From: Bugula neritina
Lineage: Eukaryota > Animalia > Bryozoa
NCBI GenBank assembly: GCA_964035545.1
Contig: CAXIUT010000146.1
Coordinates: 1 to 31,520 of the forward strand
Length of the DNA: 31,520 nucleotides
Direction of reading: 5' to 3'
Each line of letters begins with the position of its first letter. Position 1 is the stretch's first letter. The translations under genes and the position numbers were made by a program. Shown piece after piece: positions 11,697 through 25,162 of this stretch. Below the pieces are notes generated by a model. The model did not search any database and was not told the DNA's origin. It worked only from the letters and a program-made list of their open reading frames with translations.

Positions 11697-11778
11697 CTTT
11701 CAAAGTCTATATAAAATTTATTCCATATTTTCTAACTTTTATTAATAACTATCAACTATTATCCAAAACATGCACCAA

Positions 11779-13010
11779 TCACTCCTAATGGTAAGCCTAC
11801 TTATCATGATTCGTCGCAGTCGCATTCATTCCCGCCCGAACTTTCAACTAGGAATCTAACTGCGCTCTACTATCAGGAGTTATCGAATGCTGTTGAGGCT
11901 TAGTCCTCTGTGACATAAACCTTTGACGGTTCTTTAAGGTTTTGCTTGCCTGAATAATTATATTTAAATACACTTGGAACAGGATTAGGCTCTTCTTCAA
12001 GACCATGATAGTCGATACTTTGATAACTTGGTTCATAAAGAGCAGCATGATCTCTGTTGTTCATTTTTAATTTAGGAAGATGACGGTATCTTTATACTTT
12101 TTTTGATAGATCTTTATATAGTTCTTGTTTCATTTGATTGCTTTCTTTCATGTTGCTAGAATTGTTATTTAATGATTTGTTGATGTTATTAATCATAACT
12201 TTTTTATGTTATTCTATTTGTTCAGTAGCACTGTTAACAACTTTAGTCAAATTAGAAACCAATTGTCCATTATGACTCAAATTCTATTTAGAAAAACTCA
12301 ATGCCTTACGATATATTTTTAAAGCCTCTTAAAACTAAATGATCGAAAACATACCCTTTTAAGATGTTAAAACTAAACACCCAGATTATGATATCCAATT
12401 GCCAGTTTAGCTAACCTCTGATCATCAATTAAATCTTCTTCTCCCTCAATAGTTTTAACTTTAGGTAGTATTACAGATATCAATTAATCTTGTAAAAGAA
12501 TGATTGATAACATCACATGTTGAAGAGCATCTTCATGACGATCCAACTGACTCAACACAGCACATAAATTCAAATGAGTATCAGACAATGTTTTAGGTTG
12601 GTCCAATTTTAACTACAATTCCAATGACTGAATTAAATATGATAAAGCAGTTCTTACTTTACCTGTTCTACGATAATAGCAAGCCAAGTTGTTATAAGTT
12701 GTAGATTTTAGAACCAAAGAATCCCTAGCTACGAGTTCTGCTTTCCTCAAATAGTCTAAAGTCAGCTAGAATTTTTATTTCTGAAGATGAATCATCGCAG
12801 CCTGGTTCAAAAATTAACATAATTTCTATGATGCTTCAATAAATTAACTATGATCAATCCCATAAATATTCTTCTTGATACTCACTATTTCCTACATTAT
12901 GTCAATACATTCTGTATATTTACCCTGAATATCAATATTCTTACATTTTTCTGAAGAACCTAGCACTTGCTCGTCAACTGAGTCAACTTCTCTCTCAATA
13001 ACGCGTCCAT
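11779..13010 (-). CDS. Tetratricopeptide-repeat protein
   Basis: TTYNNLACYYRRTGKVRTALSYL..DTHLNLCAVLSQLDRHEDALQH..AIGYHNLGVEFEHLKRFEEALKIYRKA. Introns 12925-12944, 12335-12354 and 11950-11971 give a continuous 390-codon frame. Confidence 0.88.
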
Positions 13011-13089
13011 TCTAATAATTTTAATTACATTGATATTAAAGTTGCATTAATTTATAGCTTAATAATTATTATTTAAAATATTTATGCGA

Positions 13090-15933
13090 TCAAGCTATCA
13101 AAGATTTCTGAATTATCTCTATATACTGAATAACTTCTTCTTTTGTCTTTTTGTGCTTCTGAAGGTTCACTTCTCCGGACTTAATCAAATAATCATAAAT
13201 TTAAGGCACTGTCTTCTTCTGCTTGATCTTGTTTACAACAGTTGAGTGGAATCTTACGGGTAAAGTTTTCTTCCAGAGACGCATATGGTCAGTAAATTCA
13301 GCAGGTTTCATAGGCATCAAATAAAATTAACAATTTGGACTCATGCAAGCATTTGTAATCATACCTGAAGATTATTTATAAAGAAGATCTTTTGATTTAA
13401 CATTGTTTTCCAGGCAAACGTCCTTAAAATGTGAAGGAGTTAAAGGTGCTATACCGAAATGAGTCCTTTGGAATCGATTATAATACTTTTCTTCAATCAA
13501 TTGTTTCATCTTTTTAATCTGTTTTCCCTGATTAGGGCCCAAAGCCTTCAAATCAATTTTTTTAAACACCTGTTTCTTAACATCATCAAGATTTCTAACA
13601 ACTTGAGTGTTATAAATTTCTTCTGCTTTTCCCTTTAAAGCATGTCCAAAGTAATAAATGAAATTATAGCTATTGAACTTCTTCTTTTTAGCATTTTAAT
13701 AGAATATTCTAATATGTTAATAGGTAACTCTTTTTTCTTAGTCATTATGCATAAATATCTTTTCACTGAACTCAAGATCAATTTTTTAACTGTCAACAAA
13801 AGAACTTGATTCTTAATTAACTAACTTTTTCAAATGATTGTAATCCTTAATTATATTTCTTTCATGCTTCATTTTTACTTCTTTATCTTCTGTCTTAAGA
13901 TCTATTTCTTTTATTTCAATAGAAGCCACTCTAGCCAATTTGAATTCATTCTCAACAAATGTTTTTTCAACATAGTGAACCATCACAAGATCAACAAGAT
14001 GGTCTAACTTCTCCTTTTAAACTAATTTTTCTTTAGCAATGAAGTATACCATTAACATGACTTTAGTAATATCCACATGATCTTCTTTTTCTTTACTAGT
14101 AAACAATACATATGGGTTTTAAATAGATCTCTGAATGAAGTCTCTAAATTCCTTAGTCTGCCAATAGGTAACTTTAATTGAACTATGGACTAAATTGATA
14201 AGGTTCTTTCTCCATTCTGATTCAGGCTCTTTCAATAAAAACACAAAAGTTGAGGCCAACAATGAAAGATAAGCCTACTCATGGAAAGTGTCAATATTTT
14301 GGACAACCATAAAAGAAATAGCCAATTTAAACAATCTAGTATTGAACAATACTCCCATCTCAGCATCTTCTTCACTGAATAAAGGTAAAACAGCGTTAAT
14401 CTCTTCAACTTTACCTTCACCAACACTCAAAGAATATTTGTTATCATTATTTGCCAAGTAAACACTGTCAATCGAGTTATGAGTCTTAGCCAACTGTAAC
14501 ACTCTCACCTTCCAAGGATTGATCATTGATCCATCATATCGCTTTACCTTCAAAGAATATCCAACAATGGGGAAAGATTGAACTAGATCAAACTGACTCA
14601 CACACATCTTCAAACCATCCAAGAAATCAGGTTATTGGAATACTTATTTCTGATTTTGTAAAGTAAAGATTGATACTTCTTGAGTACTTGGTTTTTAACT
14701 CAATTTTACCTTTTCAAAAACTTCAGCAAACTCTTGTCTGATAATTTCAAAATCTTTAACAGTGATTCCTTTGAGAGCCAAAGCCTTTTGATGATATTTA
14801 CCAGTAATAGTTCCAAGACCAATTCTTTTAGCAGCATCATACTCATTTAACTGTCCAATACCAACTCCTTTAGCGATAATGTTCAATTCTTCAATAAACC
14901 ATCCAATTCTACTTCCAATATTCTTCACAGCCAAACTACTAGCTCTTTCCTTGAAGGTTTATTTGAGTCCGAGAGGTCTTTCAGACAAAATATATATTTT
15001 ATGATAAGCTTCGTATATTTTAGTATATTCAGTCATGATATTAGCTGTATGTGCAGCTATTTCTGAAGTTTCTTTCATCTTTTTAACATCCATAGACAAC
15101 AGTTGAACTTTCTGAACCCATCCTCTGAAGCAATCTACTATCTTATCCAACTATAGTTTTTCAATAGGAATTATAGGAAATACTTTTTCCACTTTATCAT
15201 TATAAATCAAATCAATATTTTTCATACTATGATGAACCATAACCCACTTTCCTTCTTTCAAGTCAGGAACCATATCAAACTACCAAGGATATTCCTTCAA
15301 GTTAGGCTTAACATTTAGAATTTTAACTGTATTAGCAGCCTTAAAACAATTTGACATAGTTTAAAACTTATTGAAGAAAGCTTTCTCACTAGCATACTCT
15401 ATCAAATAGAGAGCAGGAATCTTTTAATCTCCTGTATGATATAATTCCCTAATATTCATAGATATTTTAGTAGGAAATCCACTTTGAATACCCAAACACA
15501 GCAAAGTAATATCACGACCCAAACCTCCTCTCAATTCCTTCATCTTTTTCATCAACTTCTATTCACCATTAACTGTATCATTACCGTCAGAGATAAACAA
15601 AATAGTAATAGATGCTTCTTCAGGAACTTTCATCAATCTATTTTCCAATGCTTAAAAGGCAGCATAGATGTTAGTCATTCCTCCGCCATGTTTTTTCAAG
15701 TCTTCAGATAAGATGGTGTTTTCTTATAATTTGGCAATATGACTAAAGGTGATAAGGAAGTCAGCATTTTCTGCAATACTTTGATTCCAGAACTTAACCA
15801 TAGCTTTCCAATATGATCCCATACTTCCAGAAGCATCAATCAAACCAGCCACAACCTTACTACGTTTCCCCATATCAATCTCCACTTCAGGAATCTTAAA
15901 CAATGAAAACTAAAACTTTGAATCTTCCTACAT
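13090..15933 (-). CDS. Large protein with N-terminal von Willebrand factor A domain, 947 aa
   Basis: Intronless 2844-nt frame with MIDAS elements LIDASGSM, GGGMTNI and ILFISDGND; several supplied minus-strand ORFs are pieces of it; C-terminal NACMSPNCEFYL..DHM. Confidence 0.88.
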
Positions 15934-16260
15934 CTTCTTTCACTTCAAATAACTTATTATACAAATAAATCTTTTATATCATAAATATCCAATATTTCTT
16001 TTATATCAACTTTTGACCAATTCTGACTTAACTCACACGTATAAATATTTTTTATTAATTAGTAAAAGAATTTAAACATAAAAATAAACACTTATCAACG
16101 AAAAATGATAAAAAGCAAAGATAATTAATATTGATTCAAGTTGTTATCGAAATAAGATTATTATTTTTCATTATTAATTAATATTAACAATATAGTTTTC
16201 TTTCTGGTCTAATTAAGATCAAAAAAGTAATAATAAGTTAACATTAAACAGAAAATAATA

Positions 16261-18078
16261 ATGTTCCGCTCCCTTCTTCTTCGTTCCCCTCAAACTCCTA
16301 CTCTCAACCACGACGAATAGATTTTATTCCCAAACACTTCCCGACAGGTACAATCCTTAAACCTACATACATCAATATAACTTCATAAAGATGTATGTGA
16401 TTATTCTTGAATAATAATTATCATAGCCAGAATAACAGATAAACCTACGTCAGCAAATAAATAAACGAATCCAACCTTTTCATTTATATTTAGGGAGACA
16501 GTAATGAACTAAAATGTGATTTTTAACTTCTAAAGGGATACTAATCAGATAAAATCAAATTTATGACTAAAATTGAAGTCAATTAAAGATAACTAGTACA
16601 CCTTAACAATAAAATAAGAATATCAAAAGAACCTATCTACGCCAACTAAGACGTAATCATATTTCTTCTCATTCTATAATGGTACCCTAACAGCATAAAA
16701 CAAGTATAAAAACAAAGAAAAGGAAGTTTTGCCACATAAAAATAACTAACAGTTCGTAAACTAAGATTACAAAAAAGTTCATTCGAACATGACTAACTTC
16801 TTAACATAATCTATCTTGTTTCATAAAAAATATACATAGAATAAAAACATATCGATAACTTCATAAAAACAATATAAACTAAACACAAAACATCACATAA
16901 ACAATTCAACTGTCTAACTGTATTACTAATTGGTTCAAATTAAAAAAGAAAAATATCATCAACAGTAACATAATCTAAATACTATTTTACTAATGATAAA
17001 AATAACTAAAATTATTAATATTCATAAAAATACGATAAAACTCTATCTATGTCGAATAGAGGATAGACATTTCTTACTAAAATAACAAATCCTCAAAAAA
17101 GTACAACCAGAATCAACGATAAATCACCTAGATCACCAAGAATATCAATTACATCAAGATAACTGCTCTCATAAAGATAGATAATTCAAAAAAACAACAT
17201 GAATTTCAATATAGACAAAACAAAATATCTATTCAGCACAATATAATACATATTCACAGATATATAAATCAATGCCTAAACGATAGTATTTCATCTATCC
17301 GACGGCCAATAGCTAAACAGCTCAGGTTTTAAAATATAAACCCTAGAATAGATATTCAAGTAATATCCAAAATACGACTCGTACATAAAAATTCACAACC
17401 TAAATAAATAAAAAGTAATAAACTAGTTATTGGCATAATCGTGTCGAAACTACCAGATGATGGTCTCAATGTAACTAAAATAAATAAGCATATAAAATCT
17501 ATAAAATATATTTATGGTTATCAATTAGTTCAATCATAAAATCATGGATTAGTTCTTATAATCAACCAAATAGTACATCAACTAACCCGACTATCACACC
17601 TATACTAGCCATTTGTAGAATTAGTTGGCTGTTTTGGAGAACTAGCTGGTCAGTAATTACGCACAGAGCAAGTATGAGTATGGGTGGAGGATGTTAAAAA
17701 ATATATAAAGAAAAAATTATAAAAATAATATCGATAATTATACGTTAATGAAGATAATGGGGAAAAAACAAATTAATTAAATCTAAATCGGATATAAAAT
17801 GTATAAACAAATAGTAGAAGAAACACTAGATTAAGGATTCAAATAATTAGTTGATAAAAAATATAGATTTAGACATAGATATCTCTCTAAATACTCAGAA
17901 AATCATGATTAAGAGGAATTAATTAATGTATAGGGAAGAATAGATATTTGTCAATAGAAAAAAAGGATGCTAGATCAAGCCATAGAATTGGAAAGTAAAT
18001 AATCTGATAGTTTAAAAATTATGCTTAAATTATTGTAAAAAGATTCACAAAAATCTGTCTCCAATAGCTAACATCTGA
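16261..18078 (+). CDS. Hypothetical protein
   Basis: ATG 16261 and a long TGA-free frame from about 16495 to TGA 18076-18078. Exon structure at 16390-16495 is unresolved (possibly longer introns). No recognisable domain. Confidence 0.6.
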
Positions 18079-18206
18079 CGACTAATTGATATTTTAATGT
18101 TATTGTCTCATACATTACTATTATTATTATTCTTTATAAAGATATATTTCTTATTATTTATTTTTAATGTTCTGTTATTTTTAGTATTATAATAATAGCC
18201 CTAACG

Positions 18207-19938
18207 ATGGAAAATCAATTAGTATTTAGCTAGCCCTATGATTCAGGCAAAGGATTTACTTAAACCTTTGGAAAAAGCAAAATACCTTTAACTGAAAAAC
18301 AAAATTACTCATAAAGAAATACTTTTGATCGCTAGAAACTATAAAAATTATTTTCATTTAAACAGCTACCAAAATAGACAAACAAAAGTCCCCTAACTTT
18401 CAGATAAAATATTCTAGACACAGATAGAAACTACTAAATAAAAAATGAATAAACAATAAATAACAATCAAACACAATTCTAATAAGTAGACTCAATAAGT
18501 AATAAAATAAACGGCATAATAAAGAGCATATCACTAAGTTGTTAGAAACGCCCTCACTCAAAAACCCATAGATTATAAAGAAGCTAAACTAGATAAAAAT
18601 TAGCCCAATTACATAACAAATATAACAACCATAATCCTATTGATATAAAATTGCAATACAAAGATAAAATAAAGCAATTGAAGTCAAATACACCTATAAA
18701 ATCATAATAAATAAAAAATAAATAAAGATATAAATGGAGTTCAGAAATAACTATGAAAAATTAAATTAAATAACATGGCTTCAATAAAAATATAACTAAT
18801 TATAAAGATATTAAGTGTAGTCCTAGTATTATAAGTCAAAATAATAATATATAACATTTTGATGATGATATTACTGATAGAATACAATGTATCAATAATA
18901 AAATAACTAAATATTAATAAAAAATGGCTGATTATCAAGAACTTTATCAAGTCAATAGAAAAATCAATTAATAGTATCTTAATTAGCCATCGAAATAACT
19001 TAAATAAAGTATTATCCAAAAGAATAATCATCAATAAAATAATAATAAAGCATATAAAGCATAAACTTTTAAATCAATGAAGAAAAAGCCTTAGAAATTA
19101 AATTAAAGTAAAAAAAGTAAATACATTGATAAATAAAATTCAATAAAATAAAAACAAAACAACCAAACTATCCAAAATAGCAGAAAAGGATTTCAATCCG
19201 ATAAATATAAAGAAATTCTATAAACATTCAAAAAGAGTACAAAATAACAAAAAATTGAACAAAAATATTAAAAGAAAATATTTTCATAAAGACAGTAAAA
19301 ACCAAAGTAGATATACTAGAATTCACATAGAAATAAATAAAATAACTAATACACCCCAAGAATAACAACAACCACAAGAAATATAGCTAATAAAACAACC
19401 TTCATAAAATCACTTATCAAACAAATCAATCTAGACCAAGATTTCAGACACACTAAACATATGTTCGCAGGCATAGACTAACTCTTCGAATGTCAATCAT
19501 AAAGTTAACACCAAAAATGGTTCATCTTGCAATAACAACTTAAACTTGAAGGATTCAACCTCAACATCAACCAAGTCAAGTAGATATTTATGCCCAGAGA
19601 TGATTAGATTGATCCTTTTATGTCAGTGAGTCATTCTCATTAAGAGCTAGTTCATGGAGTTATTTTCGCTTATTAGACTGCATAGAAACATTGGAAAGAT
19701 AATTTTAGTCATAATTGGACTTTCTGGGAACTAAAGTAATCCAACTTCATCAACTAGTATCTAGATAGAGGGAAAAAAGGACATATTAGTCTATAAGATA
19801 TAACCTTTTACATCAATACAGAAAATAGATGCAGAATACCGCAATAGAGATTTAATGTTAATATTCCATAGATTGAATTCAGGAGATAAAAATAAAATAA
19901 AATATAAATAAATTCTTAGCTTTTTGATATCCGAGTGA
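18207..19938 (+). CDS. Hypothetical low-complexity protein with C-terminal EF-hand-like motif
   Basis: N/K/E-rich frame with YLDRGKKGHISLEDITFYIN near the C-terminus; at least one indel or intron is unresolved. Confidence 0.6.
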
Positions 19939-20024
19939 ATTATTTCTAATATTTTATTATATTGTTAATTCTAAGTCATTGTTAATGATTGAGTAATTGA
20001 TTTTTAATATAATAATTACAACTG

Positions 20025-21558
20025 ATGCGAAGCACAACCAAATCATTTGCCAACTAATGTATCATCATATCTATTTAGATGGAATAACTCAAAAAAACAA
20101 TGTTAGTTAATCCATCAGCCGGCATGGGTCTAAATCCTAATTTGAACATCGAAGATTAATACATTTAAAATTTACTAAAACAGGTTCATTTTCTCAACAT
20201 GGAAATAAAATTGATGTAAATATGAATTAAATAAGAAAATAGAAGCAAAAAGAGAACAAGGGGATGGGGATAATGGGATTATTAAATAAAGATCAAAATC
20301 CAGTCGTTACACATGCAGTAACATCAAATGAAAAATATACAGATATGAAAATGCAACTATCTCAGCTAGTAAATACAGCATAAGTTGATTATTTTAGATT
20401 GGATGATTAAAATTTTGCAGTAAAAGCTCAAAGAGATCTAACTGAGAAATTATCACTAAAAGAATAGCAAAAGAATATCTAACATAAGATCAATGTTGAT
20501 AAAATATTGGGAAATAATAGATAAAAAATGAATTAACAACTTAAAAAACTAAAATAGTTAAAGATAGTAACACAGAAGAACCAATGATAACTATAATAGA
20601 TTAACTCAATAATGGTAAGATCTTACATCCAAAACTAAAACTAAAAACCTCATGAAATAAATCAACGATAATCTAGACAAATAAGTTAGTAGTCTTAGAT
20701 AAAAACATGCTAAAATTACATAATAAAAATTAAAAAATAATTAAGCTAAATTATAATAAGCTGATAAATTATTCAGAGCTGATCCTAGATATATTAAACT
20801 TGTATAATAAAATCTATAACTTAAATAAAAAGTTAAAGCTACTGATAAAGAATTGTTTGATAGAAATTATGTGGTTAAATAAATGTAATAAAAAAAGAAA
20901 TTAAGTATTAGAAATAAAGATATTTAAGCATAATTAAAAAAACAAGCTGTTGATTAGTCATAGAGAATGAAAAAAAAAATTAGCAGATAAAAAGGCATAA
21001 TTTTAAATAAAATTAAAATAATCTAAAACTTTATTATAAGGAAATGATGATATCAGATTAGCTAAAGGTAAATTAGCTAGAAGATAAAAATAAATAAATG
21101 ATCTAAAGAAAAAAACATAAGTCAGCTAAACTAATTATAAAAAAATTAAGAGATTAAGTATCAAAACTACAAGATGCAGTAGCTGATAAAGCATAAAAGA
21201 TTTAACAAAAAAAGAAGAAAATATAAGAACTAAAAGTTGTACAAAATAAAGAAGGAAGCTAACTTAGACAAGCTTAACTAGATTATGAAAAACATTCAGG
21301 AGATTACTCCAATACATAAGCTTCTTTGAAAGGATTAAGAAAAAACTTTAATAAAGAGAATAAGAACTTTCTTATTTGGTTGCTAAATAAGCTTATCTAA
21401 ATAAAGAAATCGATCTTGATGGCGGCTTGAAAAGTGTTAAAATGGAACAACTCAGCAGTCTAATGCACTCGAATTCTGGTCTCAACCAAACTATCACTTC
21501 TCTCATTGAAAAATGGGATCAAATAATCAAATTTTCCCGAGAACCACCCCAAGCTTGA
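20025..21558 (+). CDS. Hypothetical coiled-coil protein
   Basis: Two 20-nt introns (20059-20078, 20216-20235) give a 498-codon frame: IEDEYIENLLKQVHFLNMEIKLIKEKQ..LMHSNSGLNQTITSLIEKWDQII. Confidence 0.78.
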
Positions 21559-21681
21559 TTATCGATCTATAAATATCAATTTTAATCAAAGGCAACTTTT
21601 ATTTTTTTATTTGAGATTTATGGTGCTATTTATTAAGAAGGCAATCTTTAAATATATAAAACATAATCTCATCAACTTTAC

Positions 21682-23445
21682 ATGATAGAACACCAAAAAT
21701 TCTACATCTACGGATCATGCGAGTCCGATCAGTACTACCACCCTCAAGGTCGAAGCTAATCCAAAAGACCTATTTGCCTCTCAGATATAGAAAAATTCAA
21801 GTAGTCCTTCGATGAAGAAGATGATGATTCAGAAAATTAACAAACACTTATCCCTAATCCTCTCTTCAAACAAGAAATCAATAAAATAGCCTGTGGAGCC
21901 CTACACACTATCGTCACCACCACCGATGGAGCAGTATTCACCTTTGGCTGTAATGATTAGGGAGCACTTGGTAGATAAGGCAGATAAATATACCCATTCA
22001 AGTCAAAATCGAAGAACCAATCGATCTCATTTCAGCTGGAGATAATCATTCTGTCTTTGCCAATAGTTTTATCGGATCAATTTATTTTACAGGAAACTTC
22101 AAGTACATGAGAGGTGAGAGCATGGATACTCGCATCACTCTTCCAGTTCGATATGAAGTTGGCCAGTTGGATTCCAGATTGAAAAATAAAACTATTCAGA
22201 AAGTCGTATCTGGTAGCAATCATAGTGCAATAGTAGTTGGAGGGAAATATTTATTCGAGGATAACCTGAAGCTCATACTGTAGGGAGAAGAATCAACGAA
22301 AGACATAAAGTTAGAAGCAGTTTAACTTATGAAGGACTAGGTCTGACTCATGTTGAAAACCTCTGGTGCGGAGGATATCATTCAATTGCCAAAGTTATGT
22401 ATAGAAAGCAATGGCACTACTATGTCTGGGGACTAAACAAACATGGACAATTAGGATTAAGACACTATGATTAATGTTAATTTCCATAATAACTGGAAAG
22501 ATTTAGAGGGCAAAATATTATCGATGTAGCAGCAGGTACAAATTTTACTATATTTTTAACATAAGATGGAAAGATGTTCGGATGTGGACAAAATGATGAT
22601 GGGCAACTAGGATTGGGTTAAGATTATTAATATGAAGATTCTTAAGCAATTGAATAATAAAAATTAGAACATTAAGTTTTAATGAAGATGAGTTTAAAAG
22701 AATAAAAACCAGAAGAAATTAAATAAGACAATAAAGAGAATGGTAAAGAAGATAACAAAAATACCATAATAGAAATAGATCCAAAAGATTTGGAATAAAA
22801 TGAATAATAAAAGATGGAAATATAAGATAAATCTATTATTCAATAAGATCTTCCAGTGTTGAATCAATAATAACCTGAAATCAAAATAAATCCATAAAAA
22901 AAAGAATAATAAATAGAAATAAAAGAGCCAATAATAGCTATTGAAAAAAACAGTCTTCAAAATCATCCTGTTTTTTCTATTTTAAAATCAAATCCCTCAT
23001 AAAAATAACAACATAAAATATCTTTATAAAAATAATAACCTCAAGAAATACCATTGTAGATAGAATAGCAAATAACGCCATCAACAAAATGTAAAATATT
23101 TATATCAAAAGTTTCAAATAAATATAAATATAAGAAAAATTAAATAAAATATGTGCAGGTTCAGAATGCTGCTTCGGATGGAACAATTAATCACTTTATT
23201 CTTGGGGATTTGGATCCAACTTTGTCCTCCTCAACGGACAAGAAGATGATTAACTCCTTCCCTTCAAAGTCAAATCCAAAATCATCAACTAACACACCAT
23301 CTTTGACCTAAGCGCTGGTGCCCAACATGTTGCCTATCTCTCCTATCCCACCAAATAAGAAAGACCAAAGCCAAGACTTTCAGAAGCAGCACTTTAAAGT
23401 TCCAGAATTGCCAAGTAGAAACTAAGCAAAAGAAGAAAAAATTGA
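21682..23445 (+). CDS. RCC1: Regulator of chromosome condensation (Ran GEF)
   Basis: IACGALHT..VFTFGCNDEGALGR..ISAGDNHS..VVSGSNHS..WCGGYHS..YVWGLNKHGQLG..SWGFGSNFVLLNG..LSAGAQH; two apparent single-base deletions near 21990 and 22247. Confidence 0.88.
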
Positions 23446-23496
23446 TATATCTGCTTTATCATCATAATAATGTACTTAAAAATCATTTATTTATCT

Positions 23497-24021
23497 TCAG
23501 TAGCGGTCAAAGCTATTAATCTATCTTTTACTTGCCTAGCTTGCCCTAGCAGTATCTCCTAACTGAGATTATTCTTCCTTGATAACTGGCAAAGGTCCAA
23601 ATTTAATAACAAGACGACTGGCAGAAACAGTATTAAATATTCTTTTATTCTTTTAGTTTTTACCTGAATTATGACATTCTAGAGTTCTAGGTACTTGAAT
23701 CATATGATTTTTTTGAATATGTTGTGATTTATTGTGATCAACATAGATCCGTTCAGGCACCCTTTTAGTCTAAACTTAATTTCTAACAAGAGGATATTGA
23801 TATTATTTTTACTCTTCTTCAATTTAAATACATATTTATGAAGTATTATAGCTTTCTTATTATTTTTCTTATGGTATTTTATAAGAAGATGTTGATAGTT
23901 AAGTAGTCTAACTTTCAAAATTAGATAATTTTCGATATTTGACTCCTTTCTAATTATGGTAGCAATTCTAGGATTGAAACTAGAGCTAATTAAAACTATC
24001 TTTAGCACAACATGTTCCCAT
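23497..24021 (-). CDS. Hypothetical 174-aa protein with N-terminal MGTCC dual-acylation motif
   Basis: Uninterrupted 525-nt ATG-to-TGA frame under code 30, beginning MGTCCAK. Confidence 0.7.
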
Positions 24022-24180
24022 ATTCTATCGAATAATAAATATTTAAATACAATTATTACTATATTTGATCATTATCCATAACCACCCATTTTCTATCAAT
24101 AATCAACATTAAAAAATAAGTTTATTTTTGAGATAGTCAATCAATATATAGCTATTCAGTGATAGCTTTAACTTGTGTAT

Positions 24181-24246
24181 ATTGAGTTCAGTCATTGAGT
24201 TCGTCTTTCATTGATCAGACGTCGTGAGATAATGTCATCAACAATT
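24181..24246 (-). ncRNA. Candidate box C/D snoRNA, SNORD35/snR73-like (LSU rRNA 2'-O-methyl guide)
   Basis: Minus strand reads TGATGA cattatctcacgacgt CTGA tcaatgaaagacgaactcaatga CTGA, with a short attg/caat terminal stem. TCTCACGACG is complementary to the conserved LSU rRNA segment CGUCGUGAGA. Confidence 0.7.
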
Positions 24247-24286
24247 AATATTATAACTTGAATTATTCATATCTACATTTAAGAAA

Positions 24287-25152
24287 TCAAAATTTAGGTT
24301 TACGACGACGGCCCGCTATACTTAGAATCTGGCTTTATTGCCTTTCCCTTTCTCCTAAGTCTCTATTTCTTCTTCAATACCAGCCTCACGACGCCTTATT
24401 ATCTTCTTCTTACCTTTAAAATGTCCCTCCTTCTTATGTTATTTCTCTCTATTCACTTTCACCTAATTATTTCCTTTAGTCACCACCTATTATTCTTCCA
24501 TTTCATCAGTTTTTCCTTGAATTTAAACTATGCCTAGATTTCTTCTTGCTCCAGCTTCTATAACTAAAAAATATTTTTTAGCTTTAGCACTATTCGGATA
24601 ATCAATAACCATTCCACCAGAAAACCCACACTTCATAGCAGCAGAAGTAATCATTTCCATCTGATGCTTTCCATCAGGATAAAACTGCAACACAGCTCTT
24701 GCACCTATACTCATACAATCGTAAAGAGATTGAAAAAATTTACAACATCTCTTAAAAGGATTATCATTTTACGACTAGCCACACATAGCCATTGAATCGT
24801 TGATATACTAATAGCTCCATCAAATACTCCAGGTCGAAATTTCCAACCTTGACCGATATCAACTTGCCACAATCCACCCTTCATCTCCTCTTTGAACTAG
24901 CAATATCCAACATATCACGGCTAATGTCAATTCCCTACCACATCAACTCATTTTCATCAAGTGTTTCACCTAGAAATACCAGAACCACATCCACATCCAA
25001 AATAAAAGAACCTGGCTTAGCATCTAACAACTAGATAGCTCGTTCTGCTAGTTGTCGTTGAATGGTTTGAATGCGAGTGTTCGACTAGTATTTAGATGCT
25101 TAGGTAGTGCTATAGATATTTAGGGAGGAAGTTGATTCTCAGGTCTACTCAT
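24287..25152 (-). CDS. BUD23: 18S rRNA m7G methyltransferase BUD23/WBSCR22
   Basis: MSRPENQLPPEI..NTRIQTIQRQLAERAIELL..ILDVGCGSGISG..GIDISRDML..AVLQFYP..GFSGGMVIDYPNSAKAKKYFLV..DSKYSGRRRKPKF; several single-base indels. Confidence 0.95.
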
Positions 25153-25162
25153 TATATTAATA

